Origin: Octopus vulgaris
Taxonomy: Eukaryota
NCBI GenBank assembly: GCA_951406725.2
Contig: OX597827.1
Span: forward strand, 10,726,001-10,790,000
DNA: 64,000 nt
Direction of reading: 5' to 3'
Positions 1 through 12,303 of this stretch are shown here, one piece after another (within the stretch, counting starts at the first letter, position 1; the number at the start of each line of letters is the position of its first letter). The notes beneath the pieces are model-generated. The model was not told where the DNA came from, made no database searches, and saw only the letters and a list, made by a program, of their open reading frames with translations. A program made the translations under genes and the position numbers.

Positions 1-100
1 AAGTTGACCTCGGTGGAATTTGAACTGGGAACATAAATACAGTCGAAATACCACTAATCATTTCACCCACCATGCTAACATTTCTGCCAGCTCTCTGCCT
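1..100 (-). mobile_element. SINE family B head, cut by the window edge
   Basis: GACCTCGGTGGAATTTGAACT...CTGCCAGCTC. Confidence 0.75.
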
Positions 101-112
101 TATATATATGTA

Positions 113-144
<32 letters not shown>

Positions 145-237
145 CCAATTAAGGACTGAACACGAAAAGTGGACAGTCAACATGCTAGATATAGACGTCA
201 AATCGCCTTAATTGATAAATATCAATTTCTACCCTTA

Positions 238-367
<130 letters not shown>

Positions 368-725
368 ACCAAGCAGTTTGATTCAACTTTACATTACACA
401 TTACCTAAGGTTTCTTGAACATACTGTATATATGTGCATATATGTGTATCTGTATATATGTGCATATATGTGTATCTGTAAGTGTGTATGCATTTGTATG
501 TCAATGTCAGTGCATGTGCATACATATAATGCTTGCCTAATAGAAGTTCCAAGGGCCATGCATAATTTATTTGTCAAAAATATGCACTGGAACTAAGTGA
601 CTTTCCTATCATATAATGTCTACTATTTTTGACACCCAATAATTTTCACAGTTCCCAGGCACTCACACTCTAAAAGAAGCAGCACATATGCAAGGACACA
701 GCAACCTTCTAAGCAGACCAAGTAC

Positions 726-885
726 AGAGGAGTGGCTGTGTGGTAAGTAGCTTGCTAACCAACCACATGGTTCCGAGTTCAATCCTACTGCGTGGCATCT
801 TGGGCAAGTGTCTTCTGCTATAGCCCCGGGCCAACCAATGCCTTGTGAGTGGATTTGGTAGATGGAAACTGAAAGAAGCCTGTCG

Positions 886-918
<33 letters not shown>

Positions 919-1145
919 ATGTGTGTGTGTTTGTGTGTCTGTGTTTGTTCCCCTAGCATTGCTTGACAACCGATGCTGGTGTGTTTATGTTCCCGTTACT
1001 TAGCGGTTCGGCAAAAGGGACCGATAGAATAAGTACTGGGCTTACAAAAGAATAAGTCCCGGGGTCGAGTTGCTCGATTAAAGGCGGTGCTCCAGCATGG
1101 CCGCAGTCAAATGACTGAAACAAGTAAAAATAAAAAAAAGATAAA
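726..1145 (+). mobile_element. tRNA-derived SINE, family A, near full length
   Basis: A-box TGGCTGTGTGG, B-box GAGTTCAATCC, internal (TA)/(TG) tract, tail GCTCCAGCATGGCCGCAGTCAAATGACTGAAACAAGTAAAA; about 20 related copies in the window. Confidence 0.9.
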
Positions 1146-1226
1146 AATATGAGTAGCATATGGGAACCGATATTAAGGAAAGATAGGAAAATATTAGATT
1201 TATAAGCCCTAAAATTCACTCTATAA

Positions 1227-1292
1227 TTGCTTATAGTGGTTAAGAGTGTGGGCTACTAACCCCAAGATTCCGAGTTCGATTCCAGGCAGTGA

Positions 1293-1328
<36 letters not shown>

Positions 1329-1450
1329 CATCGAAAAATAGGTACGAGAACCCAAGGCAACTGATGAAGGCTGAAGGGTATATCAGCTGAAACGCTGTTT
1401 TAACAGCAAACAAGATGAAGACAAATATCCATCAAATGTAAATAATATAG
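1227..1450 (+). mobile_element. SINE-like element: tRNA-like head + (AAT)n + Penelope-like tail with a hammerhead motif
   Basis: TAGTGGTTAAG A-box-like sequence; B-box GAGTTCGATTCC at 1272-1283; CTGATGA-A-GGCTGA(8-nt loop)TCAGCT-GAAAC at 1361-1393. Confidence 0.6.
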
Positions 1451-1667
1451 ACTTAGTCTCTTTCTCAAACTCCTGAGATTGATGAGAGGAAGGGCAGAAG
1501 ATATCATCATGTCAGTAACCTGGCCTGCATGCTTGCAACAGAACAAACTCTGCAAAAGGCCAGGTGGGAATGTTAAACTAAGAAACGGATAAATTGGTTC
1601 ATATAAAAATAAAGAGCATTGATCTTGACTCTTTTTCAGAAACTTGCAACAGAAAGGATTGCATTAA

Positions 1668-1955
1668 CCCTTTTGTTACCAACCCAGCTGAAACCGGCTC
1701 TGGCTCTGTTGTACAAATATCTTGTTTTCTTAAGGTTTCAATTAAAATCTTCCACCAAACCTTAGTCACAATTTATGTTCCTAATACAAGCTTAATGATA
1801 ACTAAGTTATTTTACTAAATTCTTTGTTATATTTAAAGTAATTGAAAGAAACATAGAACATCTCAAAATAAATACAGTAACATAAGGGTAGGCACACATA
1901 AGCCTGGTAGTGGAACTAAAGTGTGCGATGGCATTATTGGTTTGTACTAAAAGGG
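1668..1955. mobile_element. TTAA-flanked (piggyBac-like) MITE
   Basis: TTAA|CCCTTTTGTTACCAACC ... GGTTTGTACTAAAAGGG|TTAA imperfect TIRs. Confidence 0.7.
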
Positions 1956-2170
1956 TTAATTTCAAAATTTTAACTGACATTTTAAAATATATGCAGATAT
2001 ATTGAACTGTTTGCAAATTGATATTGTGATAAATATTTAAATGTCAACGAAAGAATAAACCAATATGATATGAATTGTAGAGTTAATATGGATTGAAACA
2101 CTGATTTCTGTATCAAATGACAATAAATCTGAGTTGAGAATGTTAGAATATTTGTGTTTATATCACTAAC

Positions 2171-2599
2171 TCTCTTTTCTCTTTTCTCTCTTTTACTTGT
2201 TTCAGTCATTTTGACTGCAGCCATGCTGGAGCACCGCCTTTAGTCGAGCAAATCGACCCCGGGACTTATTCTTTGTAAGCCTAGTACTTATTCTATCGGT
2301 CTCTTTTGCCGAACCGCTAAGTGACGGGGACGTAAACACACCAGCATCGGTTGTCAAGCAATGCTAGGGGGACAAACATAGACACACAAACACATACACA
2401 CACACGCATATATATATATATATATACATATACACGACAGGCTTCTTTCAGTTTCCGTCTACCAAATCTACTCACAAGGCATTGGTCGGCCCGGGGCTAT
2501 AGCAGAAGACACTTGCCCAAGATGCCACGCAGTGGGACTGAACCTGGAACCATGTGGTTAGTTAGCAAGCTACTTACCACACAGCCACTCCTGCGCCTA
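2171..2599 (-). mobile_element. SINE family A, full length
   Basis: Reverse-complement match to the 726-1145 copy. Confidence 0.9.
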
Positions 2600-2913
2600 G
2601 AAATAAATTTAGATGAAAATTAAGAAATTCATCATCATCATCACAATAGCACGTAGAATATATAACAAGAACCTCGCCAGCTTATAGTGAAGCCATTTTT
2701 CAGTCACTGGACCTGCAAGAAATAGCAGCCAAGGCTCACCCAAATCATAACCAATCAACTTCTAAAAGCAGAAAGTGTACATCAGGTAAGCGTCATCGCT
2801 ATCATTGTAGGTGGTGTCACACTGGCATTATTGTTGTCATTGTCATCATTGTTTGGCTTCTTTAAGTAGCTGTGCACCAAATCACCCCCAAGTCTTTGGC
2901 TGGCTCTCCACAT

Positions 2914-3139
2914 GGAGCTGGTAGAAACGTTAGCACGCTGGGCGAAATTCATAGCCGTATTTCGTCTGTCGTTATGTTCCGAGTTCAAATTCCGCCGAGG
3001 TCGACTTTGCCTTTCATCCTTTCGGGGTCGATAAATTAAGTACCAGTTACGCACTGGGGTCGATGTAGTCGACTTAATCCCTTTGTCTGTCCTTGTTTGT
3101 CCCCTCTGTGTTTAGCCCCTTGTGGGTAGTAAAGAAATA
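2914..3139 (+). mobile_element. SINE family B (tRNA-like head; core GAGGTCGACTTTGCCTTTCATCCTTTCGGGGTCGATAAA resembles the Meta-type SINE domain)
   Basis: B-box GAGTTCAAATTCC; tail TTTAGCCCCTTGTGGGTAGTAAAGAAATA; more than 10 copies in the window. The domain name is from recollection and is unverified. Confidence 0.85.
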
Positions 3140-4379
3140 TATTAATGTATCAAAGGTATCTTTTCTTCGGGGATTATCTCTCATAAGAGCAGGTATTTTG
3201 ATGCCTTATCTAATTAGACATCTGGCCTCTGCTTAGGATAAATACCCTATCTGAGGCCCCCATAGCTGTTTTAGAGGAGAAAAAAAAAACACTAATTGGG
3301 TACATTGAATGTAAATTGGGCAGAGAAAGTGTTGAGTACAACATTTGCATTGTATCTTCAATGAACATCTGCTGTAAGTTGCTGTGGCCTATCTATTCTT
3401 AAACATACCTGGTCACTCAAACTTATGATTAAAAAGACATTCCATCTGTGACCACACAAACGTTTTATGAATATGAAGGGCTATAGAATCTAATAGGTCT
3501 TGTCTTTATTTAAGATGGTAGGGTGCAATCTGAGATCGATGTAAATGTTTTGCTAGCCATTCATGTGACTAAGCAGAGGTTCCTTTGTCATTTTATATAC
3601 CGTAGGTTAACCTTTATGGCAAACTGGCAAACAGCCTTCTCTAAGATTAGATGATTGACACTCCTTAACAAAGACATTATCAAACACGTGCTCAAAGCCT
3701 AATGCATTAAACAGAGCAATGAGTGGTAAAGAAATGAGAAAGAAATTCTGAGAGTGATAATCAAGTATGGGAAATAAACATTTGTTTGAAATGTAACATC
3801 CATTTAGTTGTCAGACGTTTCATTGTTGTTCTATGACGACTACACGTGAATAAAAGATATTGACAGCTATTGATTTATCCAGCTCTATTATATGAAATAT
3901 TATATAATTTTGGAAATGAATATGTATATTTTTATTTGATATTATTTTTCCATTAACGACTCCAATACTTGAGTGGTATTTTATTCTATCGACATCAGGT
4001 GAATGAAAGGTGAGGTTAACTTCTATAGGATTTGAACTTAAAATGTAAACATTTGGAACAAATACTCCAAAGAACATTGTCTGACAGTTATATGTTTCTG
4101 CCATCCACTGACCTTAGTCTATAAATATAATAATGGTTGGTTTGTCCACATTAATCTGTAGGGAGCATAGGGCTGGTTTCCCAGTTTTTCTGGTGTAAAT
4201 ATTCCTCCTAGGATGGGACACCAGTCCATTGCGGGGTTACTTATTTTTGCCAGCTGAGTGGACTGGAACAACATGAAATGAAGTGTTTTCCTCAAGAATA
4301 CAAGAGATTGCCTGGTCCGGGAATCATGAGTCCAACACCCTGACCACTAATCCATGCTCCTCCACATAAATATAATATT

Positions 4380-4575
4380 GTGTTTGTTTGTCCCCACCAC
4401 CACTTGACAACCGGTGTTGGTTAATTTACACCCACCTAATTTAGTGACCAAAATGTGACCAAAACAATAAGCACCAAACTTAAAATTAAGTACTGATGTT
4501 GATTTGTTTTGACTAAACTTTTCAAAGCACTGCCATAACATGGTCACAGTCAAATGACCGAAACAAGTAAAAAAT
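4380..4575 (+). mobile_element. SINE family A, diverged 3' half
   Basis: TTGACAACCGGTGTTGG...CAGTCAAATGACCGAAACAAGTAAAA. Confidence 0.75.
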
Positions 4576-5253
4576 GAATGATATCCAGTAGCAAATTGTC
4601 ACAAAACTGGGAAAATACTGTGAAGCTCTGATGAAAATCTGCTGGGGTTTTCATTTCTAATAACACAGTTGGCAGTATTTAGAAATCTGTTGTTTTGCAG
4701 TCATAATTAATAGCATCCCTTTAATGAATGTATAAAGAGCAAACAAAATATATTCAATAAAAAACAAGAGAACTACTTTACTATACAAAAGAAAAAGCTG
4801 AATACAAAATAGGCACAAAACAAAACAGTTATCTAGAAGTAATAATGGAATCAGTCACTGTAATATCCACAATTACTCCAAAAATAAAGCTTGGTCGAAC
4901 AAGCTTAATGAAAGATCAGTGTAGAATTGTTTCAATTATTAATAAAGAATATACGAAGCGGGTGAATTGCCCTTTTTACTCTCATAGACAATATTAAACG
5001 GTCAAGAAGACCATTTGTTTCATCTATATTTTTAGAGATGTGGGATGTATAGCTGGAACTACCCACATTTTTGTTCCAGTAATGGACTTGCAGAGGCAGG
5101 CAGATTAAATTGTTTAGTGTTTTGAACTGTGAAATGTGTACGTGGACAATTGATTGAATAGCAGCCTAGGAACTAATGGGGTATCAACGCCTTTATTAAT
5201 GCTATCTTGTGTTCCGGCTGAATTTATGCAATTTTCTAAGGCAAAGTCTAGTT

Positions 5254-5659
5254 ACTCTTTTACTTGTTTCAGTCATTTGACTGCGGCCTTGCTGGAGCAC
5301 CACCTTTAGTCGAGCAACTCGACCCCGGGACTTATTCTTTTTGTAAGCCCAGTACTTATTCTATCGGTCTCTTTTTGCCGAACCACTAAGTGACGGGGAC
5401 GTAAACACACCAGCATCGGTTGTCAAGCAATGCTAGGGGAACAAACACAGACACACAAACACACACACATACATATATATATATACATATATACGACAGG
5501 CTTCTTTCAGTTTCCGTCTACCAAATCCACTCACAAGGCATTGGTCGGCCTGGGGCTATAGTAGAAGACACTTGCCCAAGATGCCACGCAGTGGGACTGA
5601 ACCCGGAACCATGTGGTTGGTTAGCAAGCTACTTACCACACAGCCACTCATGCGCCTAT
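5254..5659 (-). mobile_element. SINE family A, full length
   Basis: Matches the family A consensus. Confidence 0.9.
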
Positions 5660-5902
5660 AGTTAGTCGCAAATATATGCAATCAGGACGTGAAACTAATT
5701 ACAAGAAAAATGTTTGCTTTTTATTTAAAGTAATAAAAATTTCTATTCAATAATGATTACTTAATTGATAAAATAAATTATTAGAATGGTAACTAAACAA
5801 GTTTCTCTAAAATTTTTAAAATTGCAAAAGCATTGCTCAGTTTTCTTGTGGATTGATGTACATCTCATTTTTGTTTTGGTCACTCACTGCTACTCAACCT
5901 TT

Positions 5903-6415
5903 GGCAGCGTGGTTAGGAGGTTTACTTTGCAACTACATAGTTTCAGGTTCAGTCCCACTGTGTGGCACCTTAAGGAAGTAGCCTCAGCTATAGCCCTGAG
6001 TAAACCAATACTTTGTGAGTGAATTTAGTAAAGGAAAACTGCGTGGAAGCCTGGAATACATGTGAATGCATGAATGCATGTGCTTTTTGTATTTGTACTG
6101 TGTTTGTTCCCCTGCTTCTATTTGACAACCAGTGTTGGTTTTTTTATATCCTGTTTGTTCCCCTCCTTCTATTTAACAACCAGTGTTGGTTTTTTTTACA
6201 TCCTGTTTGTTCCCCTCCTTCTATTTGACAACCAGCGTTGGTTTTTTTACATCCTGTAACTTAGCAGTTCAACAAGAAAGACAAGTAAAATAAGTATCAG
6301 ATTTAAACAAAATAAATCAGAAGCACCAGGGTGAGTTTGTTTGGCTAAAATCTTCTGAGGTGGTGCCACAGCATGGCCACAGTGCAATAACTGAAACAAG
6401 TAAAAGATGAACGAT
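5903..6415 (+). mobile_element. SINE family A, old copy with an internal ~54-bp triplication (about 6100-6255)
   Basis: Diverged head and tail; GTTTGTTCCCCT..CTTCTATTTGACAACCAGTGTTGG repeated three times. Confidence 0.75.
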
Positions 6416-7260
6416 GAAGATACTGTCTCTTATATTGTAATTATTAAATTTAAGACATTGAATTTCATACAAAAGATATCTTTAATAATAATGTAATTAT
6501 CTCTCAAAGAAATCTTAAACCATATACCACAAAAAAAAAATCTCTTATTACAATAAAACTGAAAATGCTATCTCAACGGCTGAAAACATTAAAACAATCT
6601 TTCAAAAAATTGAGAATGCTAAAATATGATTTGGTAGCTACCTGGAACACTAAAATACTATCTAGTAAGATACTGGTTTCAAATTTTGGCACAAGGCCAG
6701 CAATTTTGAGGGAGCAAGTGAGTAAAAAAGAGGGATATCTACTAAAATAAGTTGGTTATCAAGTACACATTTGATACAGAATGATTACAGAATGATGACA
6801 AATAATCTAGAAATTAAGAAATTCATGAGCTACCATTGAATAAATCTAATGAAAATTAACAATTTTGTAACAAATCCAAAACAGAAGTAACAAGGAAATA
6901 AAATATTTTACAAATAAGAATTGTAGAATAGCTTGGAAAAAATGTCACTTGCTAGATGTGAAGATGGAGTAAAATGTCAAACATGACAGTCAAAATATGA
7001 AACAAAGAATGGCACGAAGGTGGCGCTTTGCAGTAAATGCTTTTGGCCAATCATTATAGAATACAGTGATTGATTTATGCAAATGTCACACAACTTAAGA
7101 AGGAATCAATTGAAATATATTATTTCCTGAAAAACAAAGCCTAAACTGTTTTGAGTGTGAAAACTAAATTCCATAAACAAGTCACCATCTTTTTTCTAAC
7201 CTTCTTGCATAAATATATTCATAGCAGGTGACCTCTTTGATGCAAAAGTGATATCTCCTT

Positions 7261-7576
7261 ACTCTTTAACTCTTTTACTTGTTTCAGTCATTTGACTGCG
7301 GCCATACTGGAGCACCGCCTTTAGTCGAGCAAATCGACCCCGGGACTTATTCTTTGTAAGCCCAGTACTTATTGCATCGGTCTCTTTTTGCCGAACCGCT
7401 AAGTGACTGGGATGTAAACACACCAGCATCGGTTGTCAAGCAATGCTAGGGGTACAAACACAGACACACAAACACATACATACATATATATATATATACA
7501 TATATACAACAGGCTTCTTTCAGTTTCCGTCTACCAAATCCACTCACAAGGCATTGGTCGGCCCGGGGCTATAGTG
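7261..7576 (-). mobile_element. SINE family A, lacking its head
   Basis: Match stops at GGGGCTATAGT, next to the putative solo LTR. Confidence 0.85.
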
Positions 7577-8110
7577 TGTAGTGACAGAAGGGTCACATGG
7601 GAGAGCAAAGAAGTAGGGAAGATAACAGAGTAAAGATGACCCCCAACACGAAGGGGTGTGTGTGTATAAGAGAGTACATATGTGTGTGTGAAAGAGGGCT
7701 GGTGGTCTGGACGCGTGCGTGTATGTATGTGAAGGTGTGAAAATGTGGGGATGGGAATTGGTCAGTGCTGGTGTGTGGGTTGGGTGGTGTGTTGTACATA
7801 TGTATAAGTACATATACACTTTTACACTTTTACTTGTTTCAGTCATTTGACTGCGGCCATGCTGGAGCACCGCCTTTAGTCGAGCAAATCGACCCCAAGA
7901 CTTATTCTTTGTAAGCCCAGTACTTATGCTATCGGTCTCTTTTGCCGAACCGCTAAGTGTGTATGCACATATATAAAGAAAAGAGGGAAAACACACACTT
8001 ACCTTCAATTGGCCGGGGAACAGTTATTGAATGCCGCGTGGTTTCTAAATTGATGTAGGTTTGATAGGTTTGGTTATTGTATTCAAAAGTTCGATAGTAT
8101 GGCAATAACA
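7577..8110. mobile_element. Putative solo LTR (TGT...ACA) with a nested SINE A tail at 7820-7958
   Basis: Termini TGTAGTG / CAATAACA; flanks AGTG and AGTA could be a mutated 4-bp TSD; higher GC than the surroundings. Confidence 0.4.
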
Positions 8111-8955
8111 AGTAAAGATCTGCTATTATTCTTTACAAATATATTGAGTGTGTTGGTGCCTTACAGTGCATTAGTTTTGGATATCAGACTAAGCTCAAGA
8201 ACCTTCTTCTGTTTCATCTTTTACAATCAGAATTTTTTTTTTTTAATATATAATTTCAACAAATGCCTTCAAAGGTCTGATATGTATATAATTACAGAAT
8301 ATGTATGTGCTCTTGTTTTTTGGGGTTTTTTTTCGCTTTTATTTATTCTTTTTCTTTTTTTTTTTTGTTTTGAAGTTTTCGAGATGTACTTCAATTCTTT
8401 AGTTTGTTTTTTGTTTTTTTGTTGTTTTTTTTTTTCTTTCTTTAAGTATTTGTAAAGAACTTCATCCATGCTGCCTTCAACTTATGAACTCCGTTAAAAT
8501 AAAAGACGAAAAAATGTTTGTGAACATAAACAAGTATTAGTGTTATGTACAAGTTATATCAAAGGCTATATCACTTTTTTTTCAATTTTTTTTTATAGTT
8601 ATAGGTATTGTATAAAACATTGTCCTCCATACATTTCAGATTTGATCAGAAAATTACATTTATAAGGCTGGGATAGTACAACATATGTTACAGGGTGAGT
8701 GCGTATGATATTTACACTGTATTGTTTGAATGGAATGTATTAATGATATAGTTTGGCATACAGACAGAACAATATTATCAATATAGTAACAAAAAAAATG
8801 ACAAGCTGGAAATATATATATTCTCAGCTTCTATCATATCTGGAACAGTATACCAATTATTTTTATCAACAACAATTTCATAGTGTTTGGCTTTATTGGG
8901 TGTTCTCTTTAAAACTTGTTTTAGGTAGACTCTAAAGCAACTGAATATACATCTT

Positions 8956-9026
8956 TCATAAAGGTTTGATAACGGTTATGGGTTGTAGATTAGATCTGGG
9001 CTTGTTCACCAATGGAGTGCAGGAAT
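8956..9026 (-). CDS. Candidate terminal protocadherin exon (DSCTPLVNKPRSNLQPITVIKPL*)
   Basis: Strong acceptor ttttcttcttttacttcttcag|; open in the required phase 1 to a TGA at 8958-8956; followed by unique AT-rich 3'UTR-like sequence with minus-strand AATAAA hexamers. Confidence 0.55.
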
Positions 9027-9814
9027 CTGAAGAAGTAAAAGAAGAAAATAGAATGGTAAATAAATGATTTAGAACTAACTTTCTTAAGCAAAAATATAGG
9101 TTTCAGAAAAGTTTTAATGAAAGTATTCAACATTTTCACAGGAATTATACTTGTGAATCATCATATAGATGTTCTTATTTAATTACTTTCTTAAATGGAT
9201 TTACTTTTTAATTTCAAAGATCTTGAATTTGTTAGAGAATCTCATAATGTTCTAAATATGAAAGCAAAAAAAAAAAAAAAAAAAAAATCTATAATCACTG
9301 AATATTTGGCTTCAGGAATTTTAAAGCTTGTAAGAGACAATTCCATAATTAAGGCAGTTCTATATTGAAGAAAAAATTGTGTTTTGCAGTAACTAGCTGG
9401 ATTTAAAGTTAATAGACAGACAAGATTGCAACGAAAGCACGGAAATAATATTGAAAGTTAATAATATTGAAAATTGGTAGATTATTTCATTAGCAATGGA
9501 ATCACAGAGTTTGTAAGTGACTGAAAATGAACCAATCAGAAAGTTTGAAGAGAAACTTAATTTTAGAGGGAAATTACAGGAGAATATTTTATTTTAGTTT
9601 CATGGTAATGAAGACGGAGAGCAAGACAGAAGAAGCAGAGGAGATGCGAAGCTGATAACCGTTCTAAGTGAATTGCAATTTCATTGGAAATTGTTCTGCA
9701 ACACACGATGGAAACTGAACTATCTGTAGTGTGAACGTAAATTACGGCTTGTGATACTATTCAATGAAGATAACCATGAAATTTATAAATAGGTACAAGG
9801 GCTGAAATTTTTAA

Positions 9815-10425
9815 CAGGGAAAGTGGCTGTGTGGTAAGCAGCTTGCTTGCCAACAACATGGTTCTGGGTTCATTCCCACTGTGTGGCACCTTGGGCAAGT
9901 GTCCTCTGCTATAGCCTCGGGCCAACCAAAGCCTTGTGAGTGGATTTGGTAGACGGAAACTGAAAGAAGCCTGTCGTATATATGTATATATATATATTAT
10001 ATAGGCGCAGGAGTGGCTGTGTGGTAAGTAGCTTGCTAACCAACCACATGGTTCCGGTTTCATTCCCACTGTGTGGCACCTTGGGCAAGTGTCCTCTGCT
10101 ATAGCCTCGGGCCAACCAAAGCCTTGTGAGTGGATTTGGTAGATGGAAACTGAAAGATGCTCATCATATACATGTATATATATGTGTGTGTGTGCATATG
10201 TTTATGTGTCTGTGTTTGTCCCTCCCACACCAACATCACTTGACAACCGATGGTGGTGTGTTTATGTCCCCGTAACTTAGCAGTTCGGCAAAAGAGAACG
10301 ATAGAATAAGTAATAAGCTTCCCAAGAATAAGTCTTGGGGTTGATTTGCTCGACTAAAGGCGATGCTCCAGCATGGCCGCAGTCAAATGACTGAAGCAAG
10401 TAAAAGAGTGTAAGAGTAAAAGAGA
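9815..10425 (+). mobile_element. SINE family A with a duplicated head (second head starts at about 10003)
   Basis: Two tandem head/core units followed by one tail. Confidence 0.85.
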
Positions 10426-10604
10426 TTAGATCAGCCCCAATATTTGTCTCACTGGTACCCTATTATTTTGACCCCAGTGGAGTGGGATGAAAGGTTAAGA
10501 TAGCTTTGGAAAGATTTGAACTGAAGACTTAAGAAGACCAAACTAAGCAGCATAAGGCGTTTTTTTTTTCCTGATACCCAGATAAAACTGCTAAATATGT
10601 TCCT

Positions 10605-10830
10605 TTGTTACCCACAAGGGGCTAAACATAGAGGGGACAAACAAGGAGAGACAAACGAATTAAATCGATTATATCGACCCCAGTGCATAACTGGTGCTTA
10701 ATTTATCGCCCCCGAAAGGATGAAAGGCAAAGTCGACCTCGGCAGAATTTGAACTCAGAACGTAACGGCAGACGAAATACAGCTACGCATTTCGCTCGGC
10801 GTGCTAACGGTTCTGCCAGCTTGCCGCCTT
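10605..10830 (-). mobile_element. SINE family B
   Basis: Reverse-complement match to 2914-3139. Confidence 0.85.
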
Positions 10831-11111
10831 CTAAATAGCAGCAAATAGCAAAATCCTGATAAAAGACTTTGGCAGCATGACTGCTACTGTTCTTCGAGCA
10901 TAGATTGTTGGAACAAGATATGTAGTACATCTTTTACTGTCTGCTGTAAATGTAATTTGTAGTTGAAAGCTGGTGATGATGACGATGATGATGACAACAC
11001 TGATGAATGTATATACCAGAAAATGTAGATGGTTAAGTTGACAGGGCAATTGTTGATCATCTGAGAGATTAGAAGTTCATGTCCTTCTTATTACAAGCAG
11101 CAATGCTTTGC

Positions 11112-11251
11112 CTATGGAACGACATTTTGCTTGCAGTCCCCAAGTGTATCAAGCTTTAAGTAAATACTTATTTGAACATACTTTAATATTATGCTCAAAG
11201 GCACAGAAGTTAAATATTCTGTTGACTTTGCTATACTGAGTTCAGTTCCTC
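11112..11251 (-). CDS. Alternative candidate terminal exon (GGTELSIAKSTEYLTSVPL...KQNVVP*)
   Basis: Acceptor (t)13ctgtag|; open in phase 1 for 46 codons to a TAG; no homology support. Confidence 0.3.
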
Positions 11252-11394
11252 CTACAGAAAAAAAAAAAAATTCACCTTGGATAATCTGGCCTCATATTCA
11301 GGGAGAAATTAATCTTTAACCTGCTTCAAATCATAGTGAATAACAGAAGTGAAGAGTGATTCAGAAAGGATGGAAGAGCCCAACAATATTCTAT

Positions 11395-11764
11395 ACTTTT
11401 TACTCTTTTACTTGTTTCAGTCATTTGACTGTGGCCATGCTGGAGCACCACCTTTATAGTTGAGCAAATCAATCCCAGAGCTTATTCTTTGTAAACCTAG
11501 TACTTATTCTATCGATCTCTTTTGCTGAACCACTAAGTTATGGGGATGTAAACACACACCAGCATCGGTTGTCAAGTGATGCTGGGGGGGACAAACAAAG
11601 GCACCCAAACATATGTTCCCATCTACCAAATCCACTCACAAGGCATTGGTCGGCCCGGGGCTATAGCAGAAGACACTTGTCCAAGGTGCCACGCAGTGGG
11701 ACTGACCCCAGGACCATATTGTTGGTAAGCAGGCTACTTACCACACAGCCGCTCCTACGCCTAT
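11395..11764 (-). mobile_element. SINE family A with an internal deletion
   Basis: Matches the consensus; the internal microsatellite is missing. Confidence 0.85.
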
Positions 11765-12050
11765 AGAAAATATTCTTTTGTTAATATTCTTTACTTGCTT
11801 TTAATAATTTTCTGAACAACCCTTTTAAGTGTTTTAAACCCATCATATCAACCCCAGCACATGTCTTAGTGTGGTACGCATTTTATAACTCTATCAAATG
11901 GTTAGGTGACCCCTTGATATGAAAGGGGGATTTGATATATCATTTTACACAAACATGTGTGTGTATGTATGTGTATGTGCATGTGTGAGTGACTGTGTGT
12001 GTATGTGTAGATATACACACATATGATATCTATATTTATATTTATCTTTG

Positions 12051-12081
<31 letters not shown>

Positions 12082-12085
<4 letters not shown>

Positions 12086-12303
12086 TCATCATCATCATCA
12101 TCGTTTAACGTCTGTTTTCCGTGCTAGCATGGGTTGGACGGTTCAACTGGGGTCTGGGAAGCCAGGAGGCTGCGCCAGGCCCAGTCTGATCTGGCAGTGT
12201 TTCTACAGCTGGATGCTCTTCCTAACGCCACCCACTTCGAGAGTGTAGTGGGTACTTTTTATGTGCCACCTGCACAGGTGCCAGACGAGGCTGGCAAACG
12301 ACC
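12082..12303 (-). mobile_element. Repeat family D (SINE/LINE 3' end finishing GGACGTTAAACG(ATG)n, RTE-like tail)
   Basis: Shared CTGGATGCCCTTCCTAACGCC motif; several copies in the window. Confidence 0.75.

Noticed and set aside
709-969. Recurrent ORF family MSSNARG.../...LLTTQPLL seen at many loci
   Set aside because: These are antisense readings of SINE A copies with varying frames, not a gene family.
11000-11030. Other CTGATGA hits (4628, 11000, 18960, 40566) as hammerheads
   Set aside because: No convincing stem II plus GAAA plus stem I. The 40566 hit lies in a TA-flanked repeat and may be a remnant, but cannot be supported.
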